A stretch of 64,000 bases of DNA from Octopus vulgaris (GCA_951406725.2 OX597818.1:38688001-38752000), one strand, 5' to 3'; shown: positions 51,971 to 63,775, counted from the stretch's first letter. Numbers and translations: made by a program. Notes: generated by a model from the sequence alone, not told the origin.

Positions 51971-52375
51971 GTCGCAGGAGTGGCTGTGTGGTAAGTAGCT
52001 TGTTTACCAACCACATGGCTCCGGGTTCAGTCCCACTGCGTGGCATCTTGGGCAAGTGTCTTCTGCTATAGCCCCAGGCCGACCAATGCCTTGTGAGTGG
52101 ACTTGGTAGTCGGAAACTGAAAGAAGCCCATCGTATATATGTATATATATATATATGTATGTTGTATGTGTGTGTCTGTGTTTGTTCCCCTAGCATTGCT
52201 TGACAACCGATGCTGGTGTGTTTATGTCCCCGTCACTTTAGCGGCTCGGCAAAAGAGACCGATAGAATAAGTACTGGGCTTACAAAGAATAAGTCCCGGG
52301 GTCGAGTTGCTCGATTAAAGGCGGTGCTCCAGCATGGCCGCAGTCAAATGACTGAAACAAGTAAAAGAGTAAGAG
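51971..52375 (+). mobile_element. SINE family A copy
   Basis: Homology to 3768-4187. Confidence 0.85.
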
Positions 52376-52477
52376 TATTATATTTTACTACTCCAAAGGT
52401 AATCTAGCTAGTAGATGCAAGATAGAAATGAAAACTTCTCTAACAAACAGATAAAAACATCAGAACAACATACATAC

Positions 52478-52609
52478 CAGAGCTACTACTTGCAATGTTG
52501 CTATCAAGGCAGAATATTTTATTTGTATATCAGGGAGTTCTCCAGTTCGATATTTCCTGTACAAAGTTACTTGATGTTCATGTTTGGACTTTTGTTCATG
52601 AACGAGTTG
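52478..52609 (-). CDS. PRKDC: PRKDC exon w5, YRPD motif ([24 protein letters not shown])
   Basis: cag acceptor, GTATGT donor, 132 nt; not in the ORF track, translated by hand. Confidence 0.96.
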
Positions 52610-52927
52610 CTGTAATAAATAATAAATTATTAAAGATCTACAAGAGATATTTGAATTCTAGAAAAATGTTCAATGTCAAAGTCCTAAAGATGAAAACAGT
52701 TAAAGATAAGGGAGTATAAATTTCTAAAGTTGATGGCGTTAAATAGAGACATCAACAACACCTGTGCACTGTGGTCATTTAAACTGCTAGAAATAGCAGC
52801 CAAATTTCCCTTAGATCATATGATACCATTGTAAAAAAATTATGTTGAGAGAGAGAGAAAATGAGGACTGAGTTAGTTGAAAATGTGTGTATCAGAATCT
52901 CACCTGATCAGGTAACAAATAGCTAAT

Positions 52928-53305
52928 GATGGCACTCTGTCGGTTAAGACGATGAGTGTTCCAGTTGATCCGATCAACGGAACGGCCTGCTCGTGAAATT
53001 AACGTGCAAGTGGCTGAGCACTCCACAGACACGTGTACCCTTAACGTAGTTCTTGGGGATATTCAGCGTGACACAGAGTGTGACAAGGCTGGCCCTTTGA
53101 AATACAGGTACAACAGAAACAAAGAGTGAGAGAAAGTTGTATTGAAAGAGTACAGCAGGGTTCACCACCACCCCCTGCCGGAGCCTCGTGGAGCTTTAGG
53201 TGTTTTCGCTCAATAAACACTCACAACGCCCGGTCTGAGAATCGAAACCGCAATCCTAAGACTGCGAGTCCCCTGCCCTAACCACTGGGCCATTGCGCCT
53301 CCACA
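52928..53305 (-). mobile_element. tRNA-derived SINE
   Basis: Head GGAGGCGCAATGGCCCAGTGGTTAGG..TTCGATTC, 14-bp TSD AACAAATAGCTAAT. Confidence 0.88.
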
Positions 53306-53497
53306 AACAAATAGCTAATAATATTACTAAAAAAGTAAACACTGAACCCAAAACGACTGACTAATAATTCATATGCAAATACAAAAAATTGTACATTTGT
53401 TGGTCACTCAATAAATATTCTGTACATACACACAAAAAAACAGCATGAAAATATTCTGTACATACACACAAACAAACAAACAAGCATATTTACTTAC

Positions 53498-53607
53498 AAC
53501 TTGAGTCTCATTTTTAGTAATTTGCTTTTTTGCAAAATAAAGACTTTGAGCTTCACGATCTTTCAGCACTCGCTTTTTGAGATAAGCAAATTTTCTTGAT
53601 TTATTTT
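53498..53607 (-). CDS. PRKDC: PRKDC exon w4 (NKSRKFAYLKKRVLKDREAQSLYFAKK...)
   Basis: aag acceptor, GTAAGT donor, 110 nt; similar to LRRRFMRDQEKLSLMYARK. Confidence 0.88.
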
Positions 53608-54190
53608 CTTGAATATATATATAAATAACAAAAAAAAAAAATTTTTTTTTAAATAATAAAAACGTGTGCATTTATGCATGTAGTTTCATGGTTTAAACAT
53701 CAAAACTATAAATGACTGTTTATTAAATGACAAACAATACGATTGCTGAACAGAGTATAAAAAATGAAATCATCACCATCACCATCATCATTTAACATCT
53801 GTTGTCCATGCTGCCATGGGTTGGATGGTTTGACTAGGACTGGTGAGTTGCACCAGACTCCAGTCTGATTTGGCATGGTTTCTATGCCTGGATGCCCTTC
53901 CTAATGCCAACCACTCCGAGAGTGTAATGAGTGCTTTTATGTGCCACTGAGACAGGTGCCAGTTGCGTGATGCCAGTATCTGCCACGACTATGATTTCAC
54001 TTGGCTTGATGGGTCTTCTTCTCAAGCACAGCATATTGCCAAGGGTCTTGGTCATTTGCCGTTGCATCTGTAAGGCCCAATGCTTGAAAGGTACATTTTA
54101 CATGCCACCAGCATGGGTGCTAGTTATGTGACACCAGCACTGGCCACATTGCCTCTGAAAACAGAACAAGCTACTGCATATTACCATATA

Positions 54191-54580
54191 CTAGCAGTAT
54201 CACCCAGCGTTGCTCAGGTTTGTTTCGACCCTTTAGAATTGGAACTTTTGAAAAGTAAAAATTTTGCATTATGTAGCTTGTTATTCTCTTTAAGTGAACA
54301 TTTTTCTGGTTGAAATACACCGAAAAATGGTGACACAGCAGTCAAAAAATTGTAAAAAATAGGGATTTTCATAGAAAAGAAAGCACCTTTTTGATGCAAA
54401 TAATTTTTGGTGTTAATATGGTCCAATTTGAATTTTATCTTCTATGAATGAAGAGCAAGCTTTCTTCTATCATTCTCTCAATTTTGGTTAACTTGCGCTG
54501 CAGGGTCTCGGAGGAGATAGTGTTAGTTGAAGGCTACCAAACCTGCCATACACAGACAACTTCAGCTTTATATATATAGA
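54191..54580 (-). mobile_element. Non-autonomous Helitron, family 2
   Basis: 5' TCTATATATATAAAG, 3' subterminal hairpin and CTAG|T; copies at 63384-63775 and 51547-51838. Confidence 0.78.
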
Positions 54581-56035
54581 AATTGTGTTGTTCAATGTAA
54601 TACTGTCCATCATTATAATAGCCACTAGGGTAGTGTATTGGCAAAGTTGTTAGAGCAATACAAAGTATGCCTTGTGGTATTTCTTTTGGTTCTTTACATC
54701 TGGAGTTCAAATCCTGCCGAGGTTAACATTTTTAACAAACCCATAAGGATGAACAGTAAAGTTGATCCCAATGAGATTTGAACTTAGAACATGAAGAGAG
54801 ATAACTCAATACCAGAATCCATTTAGGATGGCCTCAAAACACAGAACATTTCAGATGAGATGACAAAGGACCAAGATACCTGGTGCCTTGCTGTACTCAA
54901 AAAGACTGGTCCTCCACAGCAGAAGTGTTAAGGCTACATCCCTTGGTGAAGAGGATTGCTCTGCAAGAGTCCTGTGCTGGTGCCATGCAAAAAGCACTCG
55001 TGCCAGTCTCATGTTAAAAGCACCCAGCACACTCTGTAAAGTGGTTGGTATTAGGAAGGGCATCCAGCCTAAGAAACTTGGCCATATCAGACAGGAACCT
55101 GGTGTAGCTTTCTGGCTTGCCAGCTCTAATCAAGCCATCCAATCCATGCCAGCATGATAAATGGACGTTAGAGGATGATGATGACGACGACGACGATGAT
55201 GATGATGATGATGACTTTGACTAATGTTCAAGAGATTCTGTCAATACACCATCTTTCTTTATTATTACCAGTATCATTGTTTTAACATCTATTTTCCTTG
55301 TCTGCATGGGTTGGACAGAATTCACTGAGGTAGATTTTCTTTGGCTGGATACTCTACTTCTTGCCAACCATCACCTGTTTCCCAGCAAAGTAATAATATA
55401 ACTCTGTTGCCAGACATATTCTTGCAGAATAATGGAAATGAACAACACGGCTTATATTACAATGGCACTCATTTACAACAATGAAGCAATGCCAGGACCA
55501 GGTCACACTCACATGCACACACACATGCATATATGGTGGGCTTCTTTCAGTTTCTGTCTACCAAATCCACAACACCTGGAACTATAGTAGAAAACACTTG
55601 CCCAAGGTGCCACACAATGGGACTGAACTTTGAAACCATGTGGCTGGCAAGCAAACTTCTTAATCACACAGCTATATCATGTATTATTATATAAACTAGC
55701 TGGGTCTGCGCTGTAAAAAATGATGGCTAATTGTAGTATTTCATATATAAATAAGGTACATAATAATCACAGGTACAAACCTTCACATACTTTCCTTGTA
55801 CACACTTACACATACACACATATACTCACACAGAGTTGAAATGCTGTTTGATTTTTCTTTTCAGCATTGAATGTTCACCATCCCACATCCATTGCACACT
55901 CAGTTTTCGAATCCATAAGGAACATATACGTGCACACACACGCACGCACGCACACACACACGCACACACACACACACACACACTCTGTTTTATATATATA
56001 TAGATAATAAAAATAAGACAAGAAATAAAATTTAC

Positions 56036-56263
56036 CAATCTTCTGGCTATTTTCTTCCAAAGGATCCTCTTGACTATCTTTAATGGCACTAAGCTTTTTC
56101 TGTCCAAAACCTGGACCTGGTCTCTTTCTTGTAGGATAAACTTGAGACACAGCTGTAGCTTTACCGGACACTGTTAGCAAAGAACTTTGAATACCAGAAT
56201 CCACACTATCTACCTCCATGGAAGAAGAAAGGCTACTCTGTGTTAGCCAATCAAAAGGGACAT
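56036..56263 (-). CDS. PRKDC: PRKDC exon w3 (VPFDWLTQSS...GPGFGQKKL...NSQKI)
   Basis: tag acceptor, GTAAAT donor, 228 nt, phase 1/1; FDWLT and GP.FG.K.L conserved. Confidence 0.92.
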
Positions 56264-56405
56264 CTAATCAAGCAGGACATGAAATAAAAAAGAAAGATAC
56301 AAAATATTAAAAAAGACAAGAATAAAGTTGTATAAATTATTTGCAATAAAATGGAATATTTCAAAAGGATATAACAGCCACTATGTCTTTTTTGCTGTCG
56401 TTTAA

Positions 56406-56626
56406 CCTTTTAGCATTCAAACCGGCCATATCCGGCCAAAATATTTAACTGTTTTATATTGAAACTGACCAGATCTCGCCTCTCACCTCAGCCCTACCAT
56501 ATCATTCTAAAACTAAAAAAATCACATCACTGAAATCTCTAAACTTACAAGATAATACATGATTAATTCAAAACAATATGAATAAACAAACATCACATTT
56601 GACAGAATAATCTGAACACTAAAGGG
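56406..56626. mobile_element. piggyBac-like MITE (TTAA TSD)
   Basis: TTAA-CCTTTTAG...CTAAAGGG-TTAA; inserted in the TTAA of an RTE-tail repeat; homologous copies at 59402-59621 and 1-228. Confidence 0.78.
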
Positions 56627-59401
56627 TTAACGTCTGTTTTCCACACTGGCACAGATTGGTCAGTTTGACAGGTGCTGGCCAGCTGGAGAGCTGTCCAGAC
56701 TCCAGTTGTCTCTTGTGGCATGGTTTCTCAAGCTGGATGCCCTCTCTAATGCCAACCACTTTACAGAGTGTGCTGAGGAGGTGGAGGAGGAGAGAGTAAT
56801 GCCTGTAGTCTTTCAAAAGGATCTCTTTGATTTGTGTACAGGTAAAACTGAAGTCTAATTTCAACTACTACAAATACGTAGCTGGAAAGAAAGATCCGAA
56901 AATTGAAATCCAATTTGGTGCAGTTCTAGAGAAGAAGGAATTTCACTTGTTGAAATTGGAAAAAGGAGCAGTACTCATGATCCTGTCAGGCCCTTTGAAA
57001 CTAATGAGCTTGATGCTGTTACTGTTCCATTAAAACTGTTGCAGGAAAGACAAAAGCAGGGAGAAGATGCCAAAAGGTCAAGAAGAACTGGGAATAGTGG
57101 TTAATGAGGAACTAAGAGAGATATGGATGTGTAGCAATATTGCTATCTTCTGCTATCTTCACTGTTTGAGAAAAACATTAGGAATGATCTCGTTTGAGAT
57201 TACAAACATCTTTGGCTAGTTTAACCTTGTTGTGTCCACTGATCTGATTGGTTAGCATCTAAGTGCGGTCTGTCTCTCTACTTATTTTGTGCCAGTGTGT
57301 AAACTGACCAATCACAGCTTTCGGATAGGAACTTTCATTTGAGCTATCTTAATTCCATAAATAGGCTGATCATCTCACGATTCACCATCTTTTGGCTCAA
57401 GACCTTCTAAGGTCTGGTCGGAGACCACACAGAGCTTACTCAACCATGTTCCAGTTCGAAAGGCAGACGACAGCCAACCCAACCATACTGTGAAGACGCT
57501 ATTGTAAACCAGCGACAGACATAACGTCATCACCAACATCGTCTCCATCTACAAAGATTTCAACGTGTACACAACAAGATAAATACAGATTCAACTCATG
57601 CTGTTAGTGTGAAAATCTAACCACGGAAAAACAGTTGCAGTATCATCATCATCATCATCATCATCATCATCGTTTAACGTCCGTTTTCCGCGCTAGCACG
57701 GGTTGGACAGTTTGACCGGAGTCTGGGGAGCCAGGGGCTGCCCCAGGCTCCAGTCTGGTCTGGCAGTGTTTCTACAGCTGGATGCCCTTCCTAACGCCAA
57801 CCACTCCGCGAGTGTAGTGGGTGCTTTTTACGTGCCACCTGCACAGGTGCCAGAGGGGTCTGGCATCGGCCACGGTCGGTTGGTGCTTTTTTATGTGCCA
57901 CCTGCACAGAAGCCAGTCGGGGCGGTGCTGGCATCGGCCACGTTCGGATGGTGCTTTTTTTATGTGGGGGTGTGGGGGTGCAGGAATATAGGGGAGCACC
58001 AGTGGGGAGGGGTGTTCGGAGAAACGATGACAGGTTCTAGACAAGTAGAACGTAGGATATCACGAGAGGGGTAATGCATGGTGAAATAGCATATTGAAGA
58101 GGGGGGTTCGAAGAGTAGACACCTATAATGGTGGTGGGAGAAGCGACATCCGGTATAGATGGAGCAAAATATAGAGATATCCGGTATTGGTGGTGGGGGT
58201 GGGCAAGGGCGGGCACACCGCGAATACGCGAAGGTTGATAGGAGAGAGTTGATAGAGGAGAGAGTTGATAGTGGAGAGAGCGAGGACTTGGACGGGCAAA
58301 ATTATCGTAGTAACATGGAGAAATTATCAGCACATAATAATAAAGGGATATTTATATATCTGAAAGAATATCTATATCAAGAGAAAAATATGCACAACAA
58401 GTGATTCAACTAATCTCCGCTCCGAGACTCAAATCTTGTTATAGAACTCATTATCGTGTACTACATGAACTGGTAAAATAACTCTAAAATAACTCCATTT
58501 GAACTCAAAATGTTGAGACTTCTCTTATGCTCTGTTGTATTCGCATATACCTTATTCTGTTCTTCTGTAGCACACACGAACACACAGATACAAATATTAT
58601 AAGCATGCATTCATGACACAACACTACGCTAATAATCACAAATCTCTTTGTACACTGTGAATAAAATCTATCTTCTCTTTATAAAAGAAGAACGGTTTTT
58701 GGAGTCCTTTATTCATCTACTCTGGCACTGCATACAAACATGTATTATGGCTTATATAACATTATGTTATGTTGGGATGCGGCCGTGCGCATCTGTACAA
58801 GAGGAGAAATATGTCACTAAACTCCTCACGGTCGTATTCTAACAGATGTAACAGAGGTGATCAGAGATGGAGAATCAACTGAAAGAGGTACAAGACCAAC
58901 TCAGAGGAACTGAGATCATTATAGTAGGAATAGGAATGACAGAGAGAGGAGACAGCAGGCTTGCCGGATAGAGTGTGGCTGTTAGTAATTGAATGAAATT
59001 ATCAATATAATGATGATGATGATGATGATGACCCTTCCCTGGATGAGGTCTCGGATACCCAAATGTGTAGCAGCAGCACTGCTTTCGAGGTGGGAGCGAT
59101 ACTCTATTGTGGGCTTCACTGGAGTCTTGTGGAATGTCTGTAGCTGTTTGGAGGGCTGAAATATTTTCTGGCTCTGAAGAGAAGGGCTAGTCTTTGGGAT
59201 ATATATTTTAAGGATGTTCTTTTGCCAGGAGAAATCCTCATTTACAGTGATGCTCAGTATTTAGAGAGACCATGAGAACTAGGTGGATTGATTAAAGAAG
59301 AAACTTTGGAGTGAGGCGAGAGAGAGAGCCAGGAAGGAGTATAAGAAAATATATTGAATGAAATAAGTATGTCACTGATATAGTAGCAAAATCAATGTTA
59401 A

Positions 59402-59621
59402 CGCTTTACCATTTAAACTGGCCATATCCAGCTCAAATATTCTAATTGTTTTATGTTCAATCTAGCCAGATCCAGCCTCTCTTACCTACCCTACAATGTC
59501 ATTCTAAAAATAAACAATCATATATCAGATGCTCAAAGCTGTGAGGTAATGCATGAATAATTCAAAATAATGTGAATAGATAAGTGTTACATTTGACAGA
59601 ATAACCTGAATGCTAAAAGGG
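59402..59621. mobile_element. piggyBac-like MITE (TTAA TSD)
   Basis: TTAA flanks, ends AAAGGG, homologous to 56406-56626. Confidence 0.75.
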
Positions 59622-60092
59622 TTAATGATGTTTCATGCTTCAGCAGCATGCAGTGCAGAGTTCAACTGTTCTCATGAATATCACTTGAAAAGGGGTAGGT
59701 TCTGCCAAACTGGTTTGTGTTTGGCCTGTTTTATAAAGATTAAATCTTTATTTGATCTCAAAAGCCAAATAAAAGGTATCTTATATTTCAGCTCATTTTG
59801 AAAAGAAACAAACATCAAAATAGGTATTGGTATGATTGCTAGCTTTGTGAGTAGGTGATAGTGTGCATGTGTGCGTCTATAAGCTTAGGTCCATATTTGC
59901 ACACAGACACACACATCCTTGCATGCCTGTACATATTTACATGTTTTAATATATTTCACAAATGATTTTAAGACATTCCAATAAAACAAATGTCAAAGGT
60001 TAATTAATGGTAAATGTTTAGCAAATACTAATGTGAAAAATAGAAATATAAATAAATCTCTGAACGAGGTATAAACAGTAACTGCACGACAA

Positions 60093-60346
60093 TGTGAGGT
60101 ATACTTGCCATCTCAATATGGCTAACCACTAAGGGTGGGTGTTACTGTAGCTTTTAGTCCCAGGAGATCATCGTCTCCAGCTGGCTTTAGGCACACTTTC
60201 TGTGCCCTTATGGTATTTGCAAATACCATAAGGGCACAGATAGTTTGCCTAAAGCCAGCTGGAGACGATGTTCTCCTGGGGCTACAAGCTACAGTAACAC
60301 CCACCCTTAGTGGTTAGCCATATTGAGATGGCAAGTATACCTCACA
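60093..60346. repeat. 254-bp near-perfect palindrome
   Basis: 127-bp arms, no spacer, centre TTTG|CAAA at 60219/60220, about 6 mismatches. Confidence 0.97.
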
Positions 60347-60398
60347 GAAATATAAATGTTAAACATAAAAAAGAACACAGCAGGAAATAATACATTAC

Positions 60399-60567
60399 CT
60401 TGAGTTGGTGTAAACTGTTGATTACCATATGTAGCTCTGAGCTCATCAGCACCCATATTTTCTGTTTTGATATCATCTACCTCCATATACGATGATGACA
60501 GAGCATCAAAAAACAATGGTGTCATTGTAGAATGTCTATGCTGCCAATGTGACTTTACTCTATACTC
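60399..60567 (-). CDS. PRKDC: PRKDC exon w2, ABCDE region (EYRVKSHWQHRHSTMTPLF...LRATYGNQQFTPTQ)
   Basis: cag acceptor, GTAATG donor, 169 nt; matches EYTIDSDWRFRSTVLTPMF...IRATQQQHDFTLTQ. Confidence 0.93.
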
Positions 60568-60676
60568 CTGATATTACAAGAAAGCAAGAATATTTATTCA
60601 GTTTCAGAGAATAAATCTATAAAGCAAGTGATCAATATGTTTCATATTTTATTGATATTTAGACATTTTTAATTAC

Positions 60677-60887
60677 CTTAAATTGACACTCTGCAAGGGG
60701 ATATTCAAATATTTCTCGCTTATATTCTGGACTTTTGCTTGTCATTTCCAAAAGTAAACTGCTGGAATAATATAAGAACTGATGTTCAGTTCCAGGAGAA
60801 TACATCATCTGAAACATTGCAACCATGCGGTCAAAAGTAGACTCTGGCAGTCGAGTTCTGTTACTCCAAAAATTGTGCACCAAGATT
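60677..60887 (-). CDS. PRKDC: PRKDC exon w1 (ILVHNFWSNRTRLPES...EIFEYPLAECQFK)
   Basis: cag acceptor, GTAATT donor, 211 nt; matches human IRNFWSHETRLPS...FEHPLSECEFQ. Confidence 0.95.
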
Positions 60888-61335
60888 CTGTCAAATAAAA
60901 TATTGAAAATATAATTATTATAGAATTTAATCATAGCCAAGTACAAATGATAAGACAGAAGGGGGAAAAAATTGTAAAAACAAAACAAACAAAAAGAAAA
61001 AGAGAAAGAGAGAGATAAGCTAGAAGAAGATGTGAGAAAAAAAAGGAAGACAAGAGGAGAAGAAAACTAAGAAGTCAGTGGTGGATATGTGGTTAAGAAG
61101 CTTGTTTTCCAACCACATGGTTCCATGTTCAGTCCCACTGTGTAGCACTTATGGCAAGTGTCTTCTTCAATAGCCCTAGGCTGACTAAAACCTTAAAAGT
61201 GGATTTAGAAGACTGAAACTGAAAGTAGCACATCATATATCTATTTGTATATATATATATAATAATATTAGGGATTAAATCCAAACCTACAGGGAAAAAT
61301 TAGATTTATGATTAAATCAAATTTCACAGTATAAA

Positions 61336-61630
61336 TATAAATTAAATTAGAGATAAAACCACTATTAGGCAAATCAAACAGTGAAAAACATAAAACAAAA
61401 CATAAAAATAAATATAATTAATATAATATACAAAAAATATAAAATTTAAAATATTAAATTTAAAATGTTTTATATTTATAAATTTTTATATAATTATTTT
61501 ATTTTCTATTTTTTCTATTTCTTTTTATTAAAAAAATTTTTTTAAAAATATATTTTATTTTTATGTTTTGGTTTATGTTTTTCACTGTTTGATTTGCCTA
61601 ATAGTGGTTTTATCTCTAATTTAATTTATA
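61336..61630. repeat. AT-rich fold-back
   Basis: AATTAAATTAGAGATAAAACCACTATTAGGCAAATCAAACAGTGAAAAAC and its exact reverse complement at about 61577-61627. Confidence 0.9.
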
Positions 61631-61695
61631 TATATATATAAAGTAAAAAGTTAAAGGGCCAAAGGGAAGAGTAAGTATGGTTAGGCAGCTTTTTA

Positions 61696-61817
61696 ATCAC
61701 TACAAATGTTTTGATACATACAGATCCTCGTATATACAGGATTTAAAGTTAAATTTAAATTAAATTATGTAATGATTTACTTGTATAAGAAGATCTATAT
61801 GTATCTCCTCAGGCGAT
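61696..61817 (-). ncRNA. Degenerate hammerhead-like motif with long stem II
   Basis: ATCGC-CTGAGGA-GATACATA...TATGTATC-AAAAC-ATTT-GTA-GTGAT; G12 lost at a CpG. Confidence 0.55.
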
Positions 61818-62050
61818 GCTCAGTTGCTGTCTCCATAAGTAAATCCAGATTTCCATGCTACAACATACATGGCTTCTTTGAAACTAGAATTGGTAGCATA
61901 CCATAGGAATACTACCCGGCTATTTGGGAATTCTAAGGGTGAATGAGCTCTATTTGTACTCTTATACGTTCTTAACAGAACACATCTCAACTATTTGGCG
62001 ATTTTTCTTTTTCCTCTGTCTTCTCTTCTCTGGATCTTTCCTTCTCCTAT

Positions 62051-62085
62051 GTTTCCGACGAAGAGCTCCGCTCGAAACGTTAAAC
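62051..62085 (+). ncRNA. Minimal hammerhead-like motif, U4C variant
   Basis: GTTT-CCGACGA-A-GAGC(tcc)GCTC-GAAACGTT-AAAC. Confidence 0.6.
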
Positions 62086-62170
62086 CCTCCTTCTTTCCTG
62101 AGCGTCCAATAATACTATATTTGTTCCACGTCCTCGTGTTGTGTTTTTTTGTGCTTTCTTGTTTGGATTA

Positions 62171-62217
<47 letters not shown>

Positions 62218-63383
62218 AAGGAGGCATGAGCGCTTTCACATACACATATTCACATGACAGAATTTCTGCCTAGTAAGCTCAACCATAAGGCTTTGAGCAG
62301 TCTGAGGCTCTATTAGAAGACACTTGCCTAAGGTGTAGTGCAGTGAAACTAAATTGACACAATGTAGTTGGGGAGAGAACTCCTTACCCACAAAGTCATA
62401 TATATATATATATAGGGTGCTAAGAGCACCATCTGAGTGTGATCATTGCCAGAGTGGCTAACTGGCTTCCGTGCCGGTGGCATGTAGGAGGCACCACTCG
62501 AGTGGGATCGTTACCAGCATTGCTTTACTGACACCTGTGCCATTGGCATGTGTAAAGAAAATTTGAGTGAGGTCGTTGCCAGTACCACCTGACTGGCCCC
62601 CGTGCCAGTGGCATGTAAAAGCACCCACTACACTCATGGAGTGGTTGGTGTTAGGAAGGGCATCCAGCTGTAGAAACTCTGCCAGATCAAGACTGGAGCC
62701 TGGTGCAGCCATCTGGTTTGCCAGCCCACAGTCAAACCGTCCAACCCATGCTAGCATGGAAAGCAGACGTTAAACGATGATGATGATATATATGCTTATG
62801 TGCACCATAAGTTGTTGTTAGATAAATAGTAACAACTCAGATTCAGTAAGGAGGAAAACAGATTTGAAATGTGTCCCCATTAGCCATATCAACAAGATTA
62901 TTTGAAGGCAAATTTTGATAAAGAAAGTTGAGTGATGGAAAATTCAAAATCCATCATAGACTTTTCTTTGCATATTCACCTGGTACATTTATTTTCATAA
63001 GTCTCTGTTCACTAAGACCGAGCATGCACACACATGTGTATATGTGAGTGTGTGTGTGTGTGCATGCACATGTATGTACACATACATGCACATGAATTCT
63101 GCTCTCTTGGTCGCCATCGTTTGAACTGAGCAGAGCTGATGTTGATATTCCTTGTTGTCATTCTGTCCAGTTGCTCTGTGCTTTCAAAGAGCCTTGAAGT
63201 AGAAAAATCCTTTACTTGTGAAGCAGCTAAAGGTTGGCAACAGGAAAAACATCTGGATGTAGAATCCTAACTCAAAATCAATTTCTGTTCAAGTTATTAA
63301 ACAAATTGAAGTCATATTTTGCGTACTGAAAAAGATTAAGTGTTGTGCAATAGCCTTCAGCTCTTAGTTTTTGCTTTATTAAA

Positions 63384-63775
63384 CTTGCAGTATCGCCCGG
63401 CATAGCTCGGGTTTGTTTCGACCCTTAGAATTGGAATTTTTGAAAAGTAAAAATTTTGCATTATGTAGCTTTTTATTCTCTTTAAATGAACATTTTTCTG
63501 GTTGAAATACACCAAAAAATGGCAACACAGCAGTCAAAAAATCGTAAAAAATAGGGATCTTCATAGAAAAAAAAGCACCTTTTTGATGTAAATAATTTTT
63601 GGTCTTAACATGGTCCGATTTGAATTTTTACTTCTACGGAATGAAGAGCAAGCCTTCTTCTATCATACTCTCAATTTTGGTCAACTTGTGCCGCAGGGTC
63701 TCAGAGGAGATAGTGTTAGTTGAAGGCTACCAAACCTGCCATACACAGACAACTTCAGCTTTATATATATAGAGA
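63384..63775 (-). mobile_element. Non-autonomous Helitron, family 2
   Basis: High similarity to 54191-54580 over the full length. Confidence 0.78.

Larger units (their letters stand above)
4262..60887 (-). other. PRKDC: DNA-dependent protein kinase catalytic subunit gene, partial (26 coding exons in window; gene continues beyond both edges)
   Basis: Exons join in phase into about 1150 aa that align collinearly, from recall, with human DNA-PKcs ~2530-3705: [84 protein letters not shown]. Confidence 0.96.

Noticed and set aside
57040-58860. Possible LTR or Penelope coding fragments
   Set aside because: No termini, TSDs or protein motifs I could verify.
60122-60317. Mirror-image 60-aa ORFs on both strands
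   Set aside because: Artefact of the palindrome.
62990-63030. Candidate upstream PRKDC exon (AG...CAG|GTGAAT)
   Set aside because: The frame with the required phase has a stop or no similarity to the expected GL.DE segment; the preceding exon probably lies beyond 64000.
300-63564. Numerous 60-150 aa ORFs in the track (FLQLDALPNANH, YQIHSQGFG, CVCVCV, YIYIYI)
   Set aside because: Translations of recurring SINE, LINE-UTR and microsatellite sequence.
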